This document shows positions 24,300 through 38,150 of a DNA stretch of 64,000 bases, one piece after another. Position 1 is the stretch's first letter, and each line of letters opens with the position of its first letter. This DNA is from Camelus dromedarius (Eukaryota). The DNA is taken from the NCBI RefSeq assembly GCF_036321535.1, contig NC_087437.1:14324001-14388000 (forward strand), in the 5' to 3' direction. Below the pieces are notes generated by a model. The model was not told the origin of the DNA and made no database searches. It worked only from the letters and a program-made list of their open reading frames with translations. The position numbers were made by a program, and so were the translations under genes.

Positions 24300-24712
24300 A
24301 AATCTGGAACATCCCAAATACCTTTCAACTGGGAAATGAATAACAAACTATGGTTCAACATACCTCAGTACACAGGAATGAGCTACTAATATATCCATCG
24401 ACACAGGAGAACCTCAAAGCATTATGCTAAGTCAAACAAGTCAGAATCAAAAGGCTACATACTGTATGATTCCACTTACGACATTCTTGCAAAGGCAAAC
24501 CTAGAAGGGCAGAAAACAGATGGGTGGTTGTCGGGGGGACTTGGCTGGAAGAAGGACTTGGCTACAAAGGGGCATGAGAGAGTTTGGAGGATGAAAGACC
24601 TGTTCTATATTTTGGTTGTTGTGGTGGTTACGTGACTATAAACACTTGTAAATCTCTCAGAGCTGTACAATAAAACGTTGAATTTTTCTGCATCTAGATT
24701 ATACCTTAATTT
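24300..24712 (+). mobile_element. Old L1 (L1MC/ME) 3' fragment
   Basis: aaaggctacatactgtatgattccac...ggtggttacgtgacta...attatacctta. Confidence 0.75.
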
Positions 24713-27700
24713 TTTAAATGGGGGAAACATTCAATGAAAAATACCTGCGTTCACTTTTTCAAGCAATATTTACTGATCACCTACTATGTGCCAGACACTC
24801 TTAAATGGCCATATATTTAAGCAACCTAATTCCAATGTGTATCATGTATTGGAAATGATCTAAATTACTCTCCCAATTTCTTAAACTTGATTTGCAGCCA
24901 AAAACAATGCATGAAGAACTTTAGCAGTGATGGGAAACCGTGGCAAGTAGTTTCTTTAATCCATAACTGACAAACGACTGAAGTCTGGTGTGAAGACATA
25001 TTGCAACCAATGGATTTGACGCCCCCCAAGTACCAATTTAGAAAATCATTTTAGTGATAATTGGCTGTGTGAAACTCACATTTGCGGTGCAAGGAGGCTT
25101 GGAATTTCTGGTGGGAAGAACTGGGGAGGGAAAACAGTGAGGAAGTCAGGGAAGCCTCAAGTAGTGAGGAAGAGAAAGCAGTGTGCAGGCCTAGCAGGTC
25201 TGGAGAGCTCTCTTCCCACCCCCGACTTGGTCAAGGTCTCATTGCCCTTCTGAACTGTTTCCTTGTCTGTAAAGGGAATGAATTGGAAAAGTGGAAAAGC
25301 ACTGACTGTGTAATACAGAGCTCTTCCATGGATCACCTGTGTGACCTTGGACAGGCCAGTTTTTAGTTTCTTTCTATATCAAATGAGAGATTTAATGGTT
25401 GTACAAACATGTTAATACCACCAAACTGTACACTTAAAATGGTTAACATGGTAAATTTTGTGTTGTATATATTTTACTACAATATAAACTATTTTTAATT
25501 GAAAAAGATTTAGACAAAATGATCTCTTGGGTGATGCAGTTTAAACTTTCTTTTTTCTTTTGGGATAAAGTCCAAATTTCTTACGGTGCCACCCATAGGG
25601 TATGCATGCCCTAGGCAAATATTTTTTGTGGTGCTCCTGTCTATATAAATAGTTTGAATCAGCCAAATCAGCTTGTCAGCACCATTCTGGTGACTCATGC
25701 TCACATGATCTCGCACAAGAAATACTGCACCTGCTGGCAGGAGAATCTGCTTGCCGACTGACATTCTGGAACTAGCACTTAGCCCTTGGGTCTCAAGATA
25801 ATCCCATAGTATAAGACCTGGGGCATCTGGTCAACCCCACAGATAGGATAGAAGATTAAGAACACTCTGAAGGAGAGAAAGAGACAATCCATGCAGGTCC
25901 CAGTCTGGGCTCTGGGCACCCCACACAAAAGGCACTGCAATACCCAACTGGTTCAAAACACCAGAAGGGGGCTTAGAAAATTTTGAAGAAGTCCCTCCAA
26001 AGCCCAGGCTTCCGGGGTCATGGGTCCAGGCTGGGAGCAGGGGGATAGGGTAGGGGTAGGGATGCTGAAGAAATTTGCCCATATCTAAGTGTGGTGCTTC
26101 TTAATTTGGCTTATAAACCCTGTCTGGTCTGTCTCAGATGTGCCAAGGTGCCTCTCACCCTTGGACTCCAGCACCTACACGTGGTTTCTCTACTTGGAAC
26201 ATAGATTCCTCCTTCTGCTCCAACACTCATTATCCTCTTTACTTAACCAATCCTATCACCTGGGATGTCTTAGACTCTTTTCTGATCCCTGAGCCTGAGT
26301 TAGTGACCCTGATGGGTTATGTTCTAAAGATGAGTCTAGGATCTTGGAATCTGTCTGCTCTTTTTCTTTCTCACCTCCATTCACTAGGATATTCTAAATA
26401 GAAGATAACAAAATCCCTTAGGAATGGAATACGAATTTTAAATATGCTTCCTTCTTTCTAGATCCTGGAGAGGAATGGAGCAATTCTGCTTTCACTCCTC
26501 AGGGGAGAAGCCTGCATTCAGAAGAGGGGAGACTGATAATCGCCCCTGCCCAAGCTACCTTCAGTCTTTTCCTTGTGGTCTTATACAGCTTTCATTCACT
26601 CATTAATTATTCACCCCTCCATCCTTTGTTCAGTAATCCAGCAAGCATTTGTGGCTCCCTACTGTATTCACAGAATTAACCTAGATCTGAGGTTCGGGGA
26701 GGGGAGTGAGATATGGTTCCTTCAAGATCTCATAGTGTACTGGACATAAACTAGTCTGAGATTTAGTTAATGGTGTTGTGCCAGGAACCCTTGGAGAATC
26801 CTGGGAATGTGTCTGGGGGCTTTTCTGACAATTTGCCATGGTACAGGGAGTATGTCATTTATTTGAGCACGTGAATTCAGAAAATTGCTGTTAGCCAAGC
26901 ACAACGCTTCAAGGCGTAGACTATGCCATTGTTTGGGGGAACTGAGGGGAGCATGAAGCACGGGTATTCTGTTTTCTTACATTAGGTCCCAAGACTGTTT
27001 CTATGCTTGCTATTTTGTAGCATTTCCTGTAAGAAAACAGAAGCCCAAATTAGAAGTAAAGAAGTGTAATAGGAGGTCTTCACTGTCAGGTACCCTGAAT
27101 GGACAAGACACTGGAGAGAAAGAAGTAATGACAAGGTCATATCTACAGGACTTGACCACAGACAAACTCCTTAATCTAACCCCTCCAAAGACTAGGGGTC
27201 AAGGCAGGAGTGCGCTGGCCACTAATATCTACTCTACCTTTTGAAACAGCTTGACAGTTAAAGGAGAGAAACCTCACCCACAGAGGTGCTGAGAAAACAG
27301 TGTAGGTGATTTCTGAGATTAAGAGGCTTTGTTGAAAAATCTTTCTAATTTCTAACTCTGTAATTGATTTTGGACTGGTAAAGAAATGGAATTTTCTTCT
27401 TATATTTGCTCCAAATTTCCCTAAAAAGAAAAGTTCTGAAGCATTTGTTCCATGACATATTTCTACTTCTGTCCCCATATAGAATAACCAAGAAAGATTA
27501 ACAGGCTGCCTGGTGTTTCCTCAGTGCTCTCTGCCCGGAAATGAACTATTTTGGGCCTATAACTCCTTTTGGAATGGGATGAAAGCTATGGTCTTCCACC
27601 CCGGGAAAATGCACATAAGCCTAGACACAGAATTTCCCATATAATTTCAGTGGATCCACTTGAAACATAGCCAAGTACCCTAGGGAATCTGTGCTCCAGA

Positions 27701-27894
27701 AAGTATTAAAAATGTAATTTGTTGCAAAAAAAGAGCTTCAGCTTTAGCTGCATTAATTGACGAGTCTCCAGAAATATTGGACAGTGGTCCTTCAGTTGTG
27801 GGAAAGTTCCAAAGGAGGAGTGAAGTCAGCAGCTATGGAAATGGGCACAATGACAGAATCTAACTCTGTGACAGTGACACTAGTCCTCCCAGCT

Positions 27895-28418
27895 TAGTGT
27901 GGCCAGATAAAATAGAGGATATCCAGTTAAATTTGAATTTCAGATAAACAACAAATACATTTTCAGTATATCCCACGCAATATTTGGGATACTGTCTTCG
28001 TTTGTCATAGGCTGGATGACTTAAACAACAAAAATTTATTTCTCATGATTCTGGAGACTACAAAGTCCAAGATGAAGACACTGGCAGAATCAGAGACTAG
28101 TGAGAGCCCACTTCCTGCTTCATAGATGAACAGCTTTCCACTGTAACCTCACATGGCAGAAGGGGCACCGGAGCTCTCTGGGTTCTCTTTTATAAGGTCA
28201 CTAATCCCATTCCTGAGGGCTCCACCCTGATAAGCTAATCACCTCCAAAGTCCCCGACTCCAAATGCCATCACATTGGTCATTAGGATTTCGTATATCCA
28301 TTTCAGGGAGACACAAATGTTCCATGCATTGCTTATAGTAAAAGTTTTTCATTGTTTAGCTGAAACTCAAATTTAACTGTGTGTCCTCCATTTTGATTTG
28401 CTAAATCTGGCAACCCTA
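27895..28418. mobile_element. MER53 palindromic hAT element split by an MLT1A-like LTR
   Basis: Arms ccagttaaatttgaatttcagataaacaa and ttgtttagctgaaactcaaatttaactg are near reverse complements; ends in ctggcaacccta. Confidence 0.85.
27993..28328 (-). mobile_element. MLT1A-like solo LTR
   Basis: ttaaacaacaaaaatttatttctca...cactaatcccattcctgagggctccaccct. Confidence 0.85.
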
Positions 28419-28884
28419 GTCTTGGTCAACTCTACTTTGGCAGGTTTCCCCATGCAGGACTTGTTATACCTCTGTTTTTCGTGTGTTCCTTTTGACAAAG
28501 TCTTTCTTCTCCCTTATCTCTAGATGTATCTTGGTTTGATGCAGCACGAGCAAGAACATAATGATGACTGTAGGTTATTACCACTCTCTCTCAACAGCAC
28601 AGGAACAGTGGGACTGTGTGTGTATGCACGTATGAGAGAGAGAAAGGACAAAAGAGAAAAGTGATGGATCATTCAGAAAGAAGTTTAAGAATTACTATTT
28701 GGAGATAAACATGACTATCAGAAAATGAAGTCTAACCTCCAGTGACTACATTAAGAGGTAGTAGTATAAATAATACACAATTAAGATAGAAATTTCTTAC
28801 AACAAAATATGAAAAATCCTTGAAGTTTATAGAGCGACTAACTCCTTGCCAATGGGAGTTAACTTTTCTTGAAAATCAGATAGG

Positions 28885-29318
28885 TTGGGAGAACTGCTAG
28901 TTACTAATGTCAATATCCATTCTCTTCTTTTTCATAAAAAAAACCAAGAAAACCCCTGATCTCTGATTTTGGTCAAGGCAGTAATGTGTCTGGCTAAAAC
29001 ACACATTTTCCAGCATTTTTTGTAGCTAGACTAGCCATGTGACAAGCTCTAGCTAATGAGACATAATGGGAGATTGTTGGCCATTTCTGGGAAATGGTTG
29101 CTTTTCTGATCAAGGTGCTCCCTTTTCCTCCTTTTTGCTTCCATCTTGCTCCTGCCCAGAGCGCAGAAATTAGGTTGAGGGTGGATCATAAAGCAATCAC
29201 AAGCAATAAAGCCACATGCTAAGAAAGGCAGATCAGAAAGGGAAAAGGAGCCTGGGATGTCGACCACTGTGGTGGACATTGTGCTATTCCAGCCTAAACC
29301 CCTCCAGGCCCGAAGTCT
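28885..29318 (+). mobile_element. Old MLT1 (J/K-like) LTR
   Basis: cacattttccagc...tagccatgtgacaagctctagctaatgagaca. Confidence 0.6.
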
Positions 29319-29319
29319 T

Positions 29320-29843
29320 TGATGCCCACTGCTGAGACTGTTGATAGCAGGTGTCCTTCACTTGTCAGCCCTCACTGGGGAAAGTCCTCAGCTGGAGACA
29401 GACACCCCACCCCAGCTCATGCCCGCTTCCTGACTGGCAGCCTGCATCCAATGACTGGTTGATGAGAGGGTATAAAGGCCTGCTTCCTGGTCCCAAGGCA
29501 GAAAAATTCCAGGCGCCAGCTTCAGAGCTTCCCATGTGATTGGCAGAGAACACGTTTTGACCACACTACAGCTCAACTCTTCTTCGTATCTAATCCTGCT
29601 GCCTTTCCTTACTCCAGAGATTTTTTTTTTGTAATTTAAATTTTTTTTTGGAGGGGAGGTCATTAGGTCTATTTTTTTTTTTAATGGAGGTACTGGGGAT
29701 TGAACCCAGGACCTCACGCATGCTAAGCATGAGTTCTACCCTCCCCCCACCCCACAGGTGTTAATCCCAAGACCTGTTCAGTAAACTTCCTGCATGCAGT
29801 CTCCACCGCAGAGTTTGCTTTCCAAAAGAATCTGACATGCAAC
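29320..29843 (+). mobile_element. ERVL LTR16-type solo LTR, split by a SINE
   Basis: CCAATGAC...GGGTATAAA promoter core and the LTR16-like 3' end gtaaacttcctgcatgcagtctcc...gcaaca. Confidence 0.75.
29620..29748 (-). mobile_element. tRNA-derived SINE with A box deleted, inserted in an LTR16-like element
   Basis: Minus strand GGGAGGGTAGAACTCATGCTTAGCATGCGTGAGGTCCTGGGTTCAATCCCCAGTACCTCC plus a bipartite A-rich tail. Confidence 0.85.
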
Positions 29844-30867
29844 AATTCCAGCCTACCTCTGGATTTCTTGTTGCATGAGAAGATTTTTAAAAAATTTTGG
29901 ATAAGCTGCAGCAGCTGTATGTCTCATAGGTCCAGCCCAACACAATGGGGCTGGGGGGTATTTTATATCTTGAACTGTGGTCTTAAAAGTCTGAATGAAG
30001 GATTGATTCACAAAACAGTGTGGGTTGCTGAAGGCAAATGTAACATAAGTTAAACTTCTGGATTGACAAGGAAAAATAATTTCCATCTGATTCCCGCTTT
30101 GGAAAATGAGGATAAGGAAAGCTATTCCCTGAAGCTGCAGGAAAAGGCAGGGCCTTGACCTTTTTCACTGGAAGGCTAATGAAGGATGAGCTCCAAAGAG
30201 ACTTGGCTAGATTGGAACACAAATATTGGCTCTACGAAAGCTGGCAGCCCTCTTCGATGAAAATAGATGAAGGCACAGAGTCGGCCAGCCTGGCCCAGAG
30301 TAAATAAATTTAGCACTAAGGATTTAATGTTCAAATGTGGATTTGCGTTGCTATTGACAAACTCCTCAGACATCGTTAGCACTAGAAAATCTTGATAACT
30401 GGAGATGTTAAGTCAAGAAGATTTCATCATAGGTACCAAAAAAAAAAAAAAAAAGCCCCACAAAATTGAGAAGCAGACAAAAAATTTAGAAGTTAATAAA
30501 AAGTAAAAATGGAAGCAAATGATTTCTCTCTCTTCCCAGCATATGGAATATAAGGTCAAATACACACTTGATCATCATAAAATTTGAAGATGAATTCTAG
30601 GTGAAACCATTACCTCTTGAGACTACAGAAAACCTGAAATTGGTATTCTTCCTAGTGTCTCAGCTAAATGCATTACAACTATGTTGTTTAAGGTGAAGTC
30701 AAAAAATCTAGACTCAGAAAAAAAGGTAGGGCAGTCCTGAGAGCTTAATTAATTCTTACCCAAGACCATTGCATTAATACTAATAGATTATTGCCTTCTC
30801 TTTCTGGGTTTTAAAATTAGTACAATAGACCCTTCAAATAAGACAGTCATTGATTTGCAGATGCTAA

Positions 30868-31058
30868 CTAATATATATAAAATAAAAGAGTTCATACTGT
30901 ATAGCACAGGGAACTATATTCAATATCTTGTAGTAACTTATGGTGAAAAAGAATATGAAAGCAAATATATGTACGTTCATGTATGACTGAAGCATTGTGC
31001 TGTACACCAGAAATTGACACAACATTGTAAACTGACTGTACTTCAATTAAAAAAAATG
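30868..31058 (+). mobile_element. Short lineage-specific L1 3' end
   Basis: gtatagcacagggaactatattc...ctgtacttcaattaaaaaaaa. Confidence 0.9.
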
Positions 31059-33020
31059 TATATACATAAGTCAAATAAAATAAGACAATCATTGGCATGA
31101 ACATAAGGAATGTGTACTTGGTCCATACAAGTTTTGACTGCAAAGATATTTCCCAAAGTAATTTAAATCTAATGGCTTCTCAGACACTTGCTTGTCTTGA
31201 AACTGGGGCAGTGACGGGGAAGTACATCTGTCATTTCATGAAAGCCCCAGGAAAAGCAGGGATTCAAGTTTTAATTTGTGTCTGTAGAATTTCTAGCATA
31301 TTTTTCCATTCTCATTTCTCTGCTCCACACAAAACTGTACTATATTGAAAATGGCCACATTTGACACAATAATTGCGGTCCTTTAATTTAATGTAGTTCT
31401 ATAATAAAACAGTGCAAGTCACTTTATACTCAGGCTAATGGATTGATTTAGAGACCTCCAATGATCATTCAAGAGCAGGGAAAAAGGAGGTTGCTGAGAA
31501 TGTCTGTGAATTCTCTTAGACCTAGTGTTCCAAACCATGGGACATTTATTTCCTCCTTAGGTTGTGTGACCCCCTTTCTGTTTCAGTAGTGGAATCCAGA
31601 TTTTATTCATGGCAACAATATACCCCATTAAAAAACTACACTTCCCAGCTTCCCTTGCACCTAGAAGTGGTCACATGACACAGTTCTGAGATGGGGTTTA
31701 GGAGATTTCAGGATGGGAACTGACATTTTAGCCAAGCGGTTTATCTACGGCCCATATCTGATGTACAGCTGGGTTTTTTTTGGCCCATAGAGATTTTTTT
31801 TTTTAACTGGATACATTCTTATAAAAATTCAGGTTTCTAGATTATTAAAAAATTATGAGATGTGATGGGTCTTGCATTCCCATGCTGCAGTAATAGGCTG
31901 CAACTCAACTGAGCCCCCAGTTCTTCCTGTTGTCTTATTGTCTGCTGTACTCCTTTCTTCACCTGGCTCACTCTGCCAGCATTTTTTGGTAAACCCTGCC
32001 TTAAACCATAGTGTAATTCTTTTTCCTTTCAATGTCTTATGCCATGTGTTATCTATCCATCTATGCCTTAGCCCTGAATGACCCACGTGTCCTAAAACTC
32101 ACACAGTAACCATGCCCAGGGAGAGCTTTCTCAAAGCTGGAGCATGTATGAGTGAATAAACGGGATTATTATTCATTCACTTTAATATTTTAGTTACTGT
32201 TCCTGAACTTGGATCATAGGCCATATTTCAAGGTAAAATGGACCATGTGAAGTCTAAAGGTTTTAGATTGCTCAGTTGGCCTTAAGGGTTAGAACTGAAT
32301 TATAGGATAAATCTCAAAGAGCATTTACTGTAGTCTTTTACCAAAGGCAGCACCAGGGGACATGTGATAGGGAAGTAAGTGGTCCTCCCTTTGAACCATG
32401 AAAAACTAGCAATTTGTGGTTTTATTAATCTACTTGACAAAATGTATTTTGACTATATTTTTCTTACTCACATCACTTTCAGGGGTTTTGGGCCCATTGA
32501 ATGAAGCAGTACTTTCTTCCAGCTCAAGTTTCAAAGGACCTTCTGCATTCTAGGATTTCAGAATTGAATGATCAATCTATCTGTACTCCTCCTGATATTA
32601 GACATTTTGATTGTCCCACTTGTTAGCTTTTACCACCCTGAAATGGAGAAAAACCTCCCCCTTTCTTCCATTTGGCCTTATAAGGCTGGCAGCCTTCTGT
32701 CTGGTGGAACTCCTGCTTTCCATCAGCCTTACTGCCCTTTCCTGACATTTTTTTCCTGGGACCGTTGCAGCTTTCTTGAACTTCAGTGACCAGAGACACA
32801 CAAAGTTTTACTGGAAAGAAAAAATATATTTCTTTTGAATGGTATTCAGCAACTGGCCAATCACGTGAGCTGCAGTGCCACACTGGACTGACATCCTGGA
32901 ATGTTACTCCTTTGGCCATAACCAATCATAGGGACTGATTTCTTTTGTGCATAGATTTTTGATTACTTATTGATTACTTTTTCTTATATTACTTTTGAGC
33001 TTGTCATTTGATGACACGGT

Positions 33021-33209
33021 CCAGTGATTCTAAATTGTGGGCCTTAGGCAAAGGTATCAGCATCACCTAGGAACTTGCTAAAAGTGTACGTTCCCAGCCC
33101 TAACCGCAGAACTACTGAGTCAGACACTCTAGGGGTAAGACCCAACAATTTTGTTTTTACAAGCCCTCCAAGTGATTTTAATGCACACTCAAGTTTGAGA
33201 CCTACTGAC
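33021..33209. mobile_element. MER5A hAT element
   Basis: atcagcatcacctaggaacttgcta...acaagccctccaagtgattttaatgcacactcaagtttgagacctactg. Confidence 0.85.
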
Positions 33210-34021
33210 ATGTTCTGTAAGTGAATGTGATGTAGTGATAGAAAAATTCATAGGAAAGGAAATGTCTACTTAGGATTAGAAAAAAAATTGAAATGTAAAG
33301 AAATGAACATCAAGAGAATCTTGTATTGCTTCTTTTCCTGTTAGGATTTATGGCTATCGACACAATCACTGGCAATGTGTACAAGGTGTCAGAGGCTCAT
33401 GTTTATTACTATCTAGGTTTGATGACCTAACTATAATTAACAGGGGAGGAAGGAAGAAGTGTGAGAACGGAGAAAAGAATTTAACCTGAGAGGAGTTTAA
33501 ATATTTAGAAATTCATGTATTAGCAAAGAAAATACAGAACCCAGAAAGGAAAAGAAATGTAAGAGAATGTTAATGATAAACTCTGCTAAGAGGTAATGGA
33601 AATCACCCAGTTCAGAGCAGAATCAGCAGAGATGCTCACAGAAGTGGAAGGAGGATTCTGAGGATGAGAGCTTCCATTCATTTCACAAATGATTGTTTTT
33701 TGAGTACCTACTGTACACCAGGCATTGTTCTAGGGGCAATTGTTCTTGTCTAATGAAGGACAAGCTAAAAATCGTCCCTGCCCTTACAAAGCTTAGTCAT
33801 GAAACACTGATCCATGTATAATACAATGACAGAAGTCATGTTAGGGGTCGTTGCAGGTAGCTGTGCCAGCTGGGGGTGGGGTGCTGAACTTTGGTAATGA
33901 CCATTATGATGTTTGAAGCAGAGGCATATTGTAGGAGCAAACGGAAGGAAATTAGTAAAGTACTTCTTTGAAGTTCATTTATAATTATCTCTCTGAGATT
34001 GGAAGCAGGTGCAACAGTTTG

Positions 34022-34106
34022 GTTTCTTTTTAGTTTTTATTGAAAGTTGATTTACAATGTTATATTAATTTCTGGTGCACAGCAAAGTGATTCAATTTTA
34101 TATACA

Positions 34107-34137
<31 letters not shown>

Positions 34138-34831
34138 TCATATTCTTTTTAATAATAGGCTATTACAAGATATTGAATATAGTTCCCTGTGCTCTACAGT
34201 AGGACTTGTTTATCTATTTTATATATAGTAGTTTGTATCTGCTAATTCCAAACTCCCAATATATCCCTCCCTACCCCCTTTACCCCTAGTAACCATAAGT
34301 TTGTTTTCCATGTCTGTGAGTCTGTTTCTGTTTTATAAAGAAGTTCATATGTGTCCTTTTTTCAGATTCCATATGTAAGTGATATCTTATAGTATCTTTC
34401 TTTCTCTTTCTGGCTTACTTCACTTAGTATGGCAACCTCCAGGTCCATCCATGTTGCTGCAAATGGCATTATTTTATTCTTTTTTATGGCTGAATAGTAT
34501 TTCACATCCTTTTTAACTAATCATCAGTCAATGGACATTTAGGTTGCTACCATGCCTTGGCTATTGTAAATAGTGCTGCTATGAACACTGAGGTGCATGT
34601 ATCTTTTTGAATTAGCGTTTCTTCTGGATATATACTCAGAAGTGGGATTGCTGAATCATACAGTAAATCTATTTTTAGTTTTTTGAGGAATCTCCATACT
34701 GTTTTCCATAATGGCTGCACCAAATTACATTCCCACTAGCAGTGTAGGAGGGATCCCTTTTCTCTGCACCCTCTCCAGCATTTATCATTTGTGGACAATT
34801 TAATGATGGCCATTCTTACTAATGTGAGGTA
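34022..34831 (-). mobile_element. 5'-truncated lineage-specific L1 with internal (TCTA)n
   Basis: Same 3' UTR and ORF2 end as the L1 at 3492-4280; acagtttg repeated on both flanks. Confidence 0.95.
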
Positions 34832-36864
34832 CAGTTTGCTTGGGGTTTTAGTAGAAAATGTGTGTGTTATAAAGTCATGTGACAGACGGAGGGAGAGATC
34901 TTGGGCTATGGAAATCAAAATCCTTGGCGGAAGCACAGGATTACGTCCAGAGCCCTCTTTGAAATCACTTCTAAATTTAGGAAGCACAGGTAATTGTAAC
35001 ATTGGGGAGAGGGCTCTAGCCAAGAGAAAACAATCTTTCTTTTCAATCTTTGAAAGCAGAAGACATAAATAATTCTCCTTATGGGAGAATATGGCTGTAG
35101 CTATTTTGAGATCCTCGCAGGAGGAATTATAGTCATAAGAGCTCTTAAGCATAAATAGCTGTAAGAATATATGGGGGCCATGTTTTTGGGCCCCTTGTCA
35201 TTGGTAACTTTTGTTAGAGGACTGTTGCTGCTGGAACAGGAGAAGGCTAATGGAATTCCAGGGGGTGCCCAATACAAAAAAAGAAAGAAAATCTAAGTGT
35301 GTAGTGGGGGGTGGGGAACAGCCTGGAACTTATTTCATTTTTTTGGTTTTTATATTTTAATTTATTTACTGAAAAAAAGTAATTTTAAAGCAGGTAACAT
35401 TTATTGAATGTTTATCATATGCCAGGCTTTCAGTTTGTGTTAAACCTGTAACTTTAAGTGTAATTGGCCAATAAATTTGCAAGTGGTAGTTAACGTCAAG
35501 GGAGATAAGGAAGACTAGAGAGAATGGGGCCACATAATAGTTCTTATCGCGTCTAGTCAAATAGCCATTTCATTAAGTTGTTCTAAGTCAGGCAAAGTCA
35601 TTGAGAGTATAATTGAGGTTAAAAATTGTTGACCGTTTAAACAAAATTAATCTTTGGTATTATCTTTTTTCAGGTCTCTTCTGAACCCCTCTACAGAAAT
35701 GGGTGACAGCTGCACATTCATATATGCAAGGCTCCCATTTGAGAGAGCAGATTCTCCATCCTTCAGTCCTGATGGTTTGTCCACACTGATTTTGTTCAGC
35801 TTCACAAAGTACCCTGACTACTCGGTCCCTGTTAGGGTCAGGTAATTCTAACTTGCCCACCTTTGTGGATAGCCTAGGAAAGGAATTCTCTGCATTATTC
35901 TTGCAGTATTTTAATTTGCAGCAAACAGTTCAGCCTGTGACATATACTCCTTTCTATTCTTGAGCAAACCCTTTATCCCACCAAGATCAAAGGATTCCAC
36001 TTATTCTTTGAGTGACTTCCTCCCTTTGACATGTTCAAAATGATCTCTTTTGACTGGTTTCAGAGACATTTGTGAGGTGTGCTTCAAAGCTTTGGTTGCT
36101 GCAGTTATTATTCTCCTCATTTATAATTGATTGGTTTCTTTATTTTCTTCGCATGACCCTTACCAATTTGGGTAAAATGCCTTCTTTGTCTCTGATAATT
36201 TATATGTCTCTAGAAGTCTTCTTTTTTGCTACTACCTCTAATGCTTGTTATTTTCACTCCTTGGATTATGCTTTTCATGGAAAGCAAACAGCAACTAAAA
36301 CGTATGTAGGCTTTTCTTGGGGGTTATTGACTTTTTAAAGTCCTTCCTTTCACTTGTCTCTCGAATAGGGCCTTTGTTTATCATACGTCCCTTTAAAAAT
36401 ATCTGGAGTGTGTGGGATGGGTTTCTTGGTTTTCCTCTGTCCCAGAGGATGTACAATTTAATTATGTTATTAATTTTTGCCTAGTGACTCACCCACAGCA
36501 ATCTCTAGGGTCCATTTCTGATCCTGTTTAGGAAGACAGTTCCCTCTATTTCCTTTCCTTGTGGGATTTAGAAATCACTCCTCAATTTACTTATTAACAT
36601 CCAGTCCCTCTCACCTCTACCCTCTGTCTCTCAATCTGATTGAACAATTGGTTACTTTGTGTTTGGATAATTAAAACCTCACATTATTATCATCCGGATA
36701 AATTTTTCAGCTTTCCCAATTCCATTTAACAATTTCTGTCTCATCATTTCACTTGGGTAAGCTATAATATACATTTTTTTTCTGTACAGAGAACTTTTAA
36801 TGTGAATATTTCTTACAATGGAAATTTTTCTATGAAAAGTTATAACACAGATCTATCCTGTGAA

Positions 36865-37750
36865 GTTTATTCAACTAATACTTTTTGAGGATCTGTTATA
36901 TACCAGTTCTAAACACTGGAGATAAGCACAGAGTAGAATAAAAATCCATGTGCTTATATTCCATGAGGCCTTGGGTAGGGATGACAACAAAGAAACCATT
37001 TGTCAGATGTTGATAAGAACTACAAATAAAAAACTGTAGGATGATAGTTTAGAGCAGCCCTTTTCTACCAGTTCTACCAGAGGATTGAACTCTGATGTCC
37101 AAAGTCACCCTTTATATACAATGAATTAACTTCTCTCCTATGCAGCTAGAATGATACAATCTGTATACCATCCTTGGGAGAAGGGAGGAAACAGCCACTG
37201 AAGTCATTTTCTGTAGAGCTTAATACTCCCATGGAACCCTGGCTGAGAATATTGAAGTGAAAGAGTGACAGTTGTGGGAGGGAGTGTTGCTTTGTATCAT
37301 CTGACCAGGGAAGTCCTCTCTGATAAGAAGTCTTTTGAACAGAGACCTGAATATAGTGAGGGAGGGAGGGTCCCGCAGATGCAAGGTGAGGGTGAGGGGC
37401 AGGGAGCAGTGGCCAAGTATTTTAGGCAGAGACAAGAGTTGGCTTGGTATATTTGAGGAACAGTTAAGAAGACCAGTGTGGCTGGAGCTGAGCTATCAAG
37501 GGACAGAGAGGTGGGCATAAGATCAGAGAAGTGGCTGGTAAGGGTGGTGATGGGTTGGTGAGACACACCAGGGACATTTTAGCTCAAGTCTGTTCAACAG
37601 AGATTTACTGAGCTCCAGCTATGTGTCATGACTTAGGAGTTTCAAAGATGAATGAATCATGGTCTCTGTCCTCAGGCAACTGATGACACAGAGTGTATCA
37701 TTTGACTTAGACTAAGTGAATACAGTGTGATAAATGCTACGTGCTAATGA
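36865..37750 (-). mobile_element. L2 fragments, with a small hAT-like insert at ~37055-37200
   Basis: gaggaacagttaagaagaccagtgtggctggagc and related reverse L2 motifs. Confidence 0.65.
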
Positions 37751-37764
37751 TAAGCAAATGAGGG

Positions 37765-38150
37765 GTCATAGTTGAGTCCCCCCAGAAGCAGATGCTGACC
37801 CAGGCATCCAGATGCTAGTGATTTATAAAGGAAGTGCTCATAAGGAGGAGGAACTTGTAAGAGCTGAGTGAGGTGGGATTTCAAGCAAGACAGCCTGATC
37901 TATGGGGAGCTCTGTAGTGTAAATTACATCACAGAGTTTGTCACACTTTAAGGCAAAAGGGCTGCTAGTCATTGGCTATGAGCTGCCCAGCAGGGTGGTG
38001 TCATTCAGGCATTTTTGGTTGATACAAGTGAGGTGGCTCCAGTGTCAAAGGTAATCCTCTGAAGATTATAGCAAAGGAGGTGGAGGCTGGGGGGTGGGAA
38101 CACAGAGCTGATGAAAGGGATCCCAGGGGAGCTAGATGGGGCAGCAACGG
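37765..38150 (-). mobile_element. Old ERVL-type solo LTR
   Basis: gttgagtccccccagaagcagatgctgacc...gtcattggct is typical of reverse LTR16/33/40-class LTRs. Confidence 0.55.

Noticed and set aside
26033..26061. G-quadruplex-like run gggagcagggggatagggtaggggtaggg
   Set aside because: Common motif with no supporting context.
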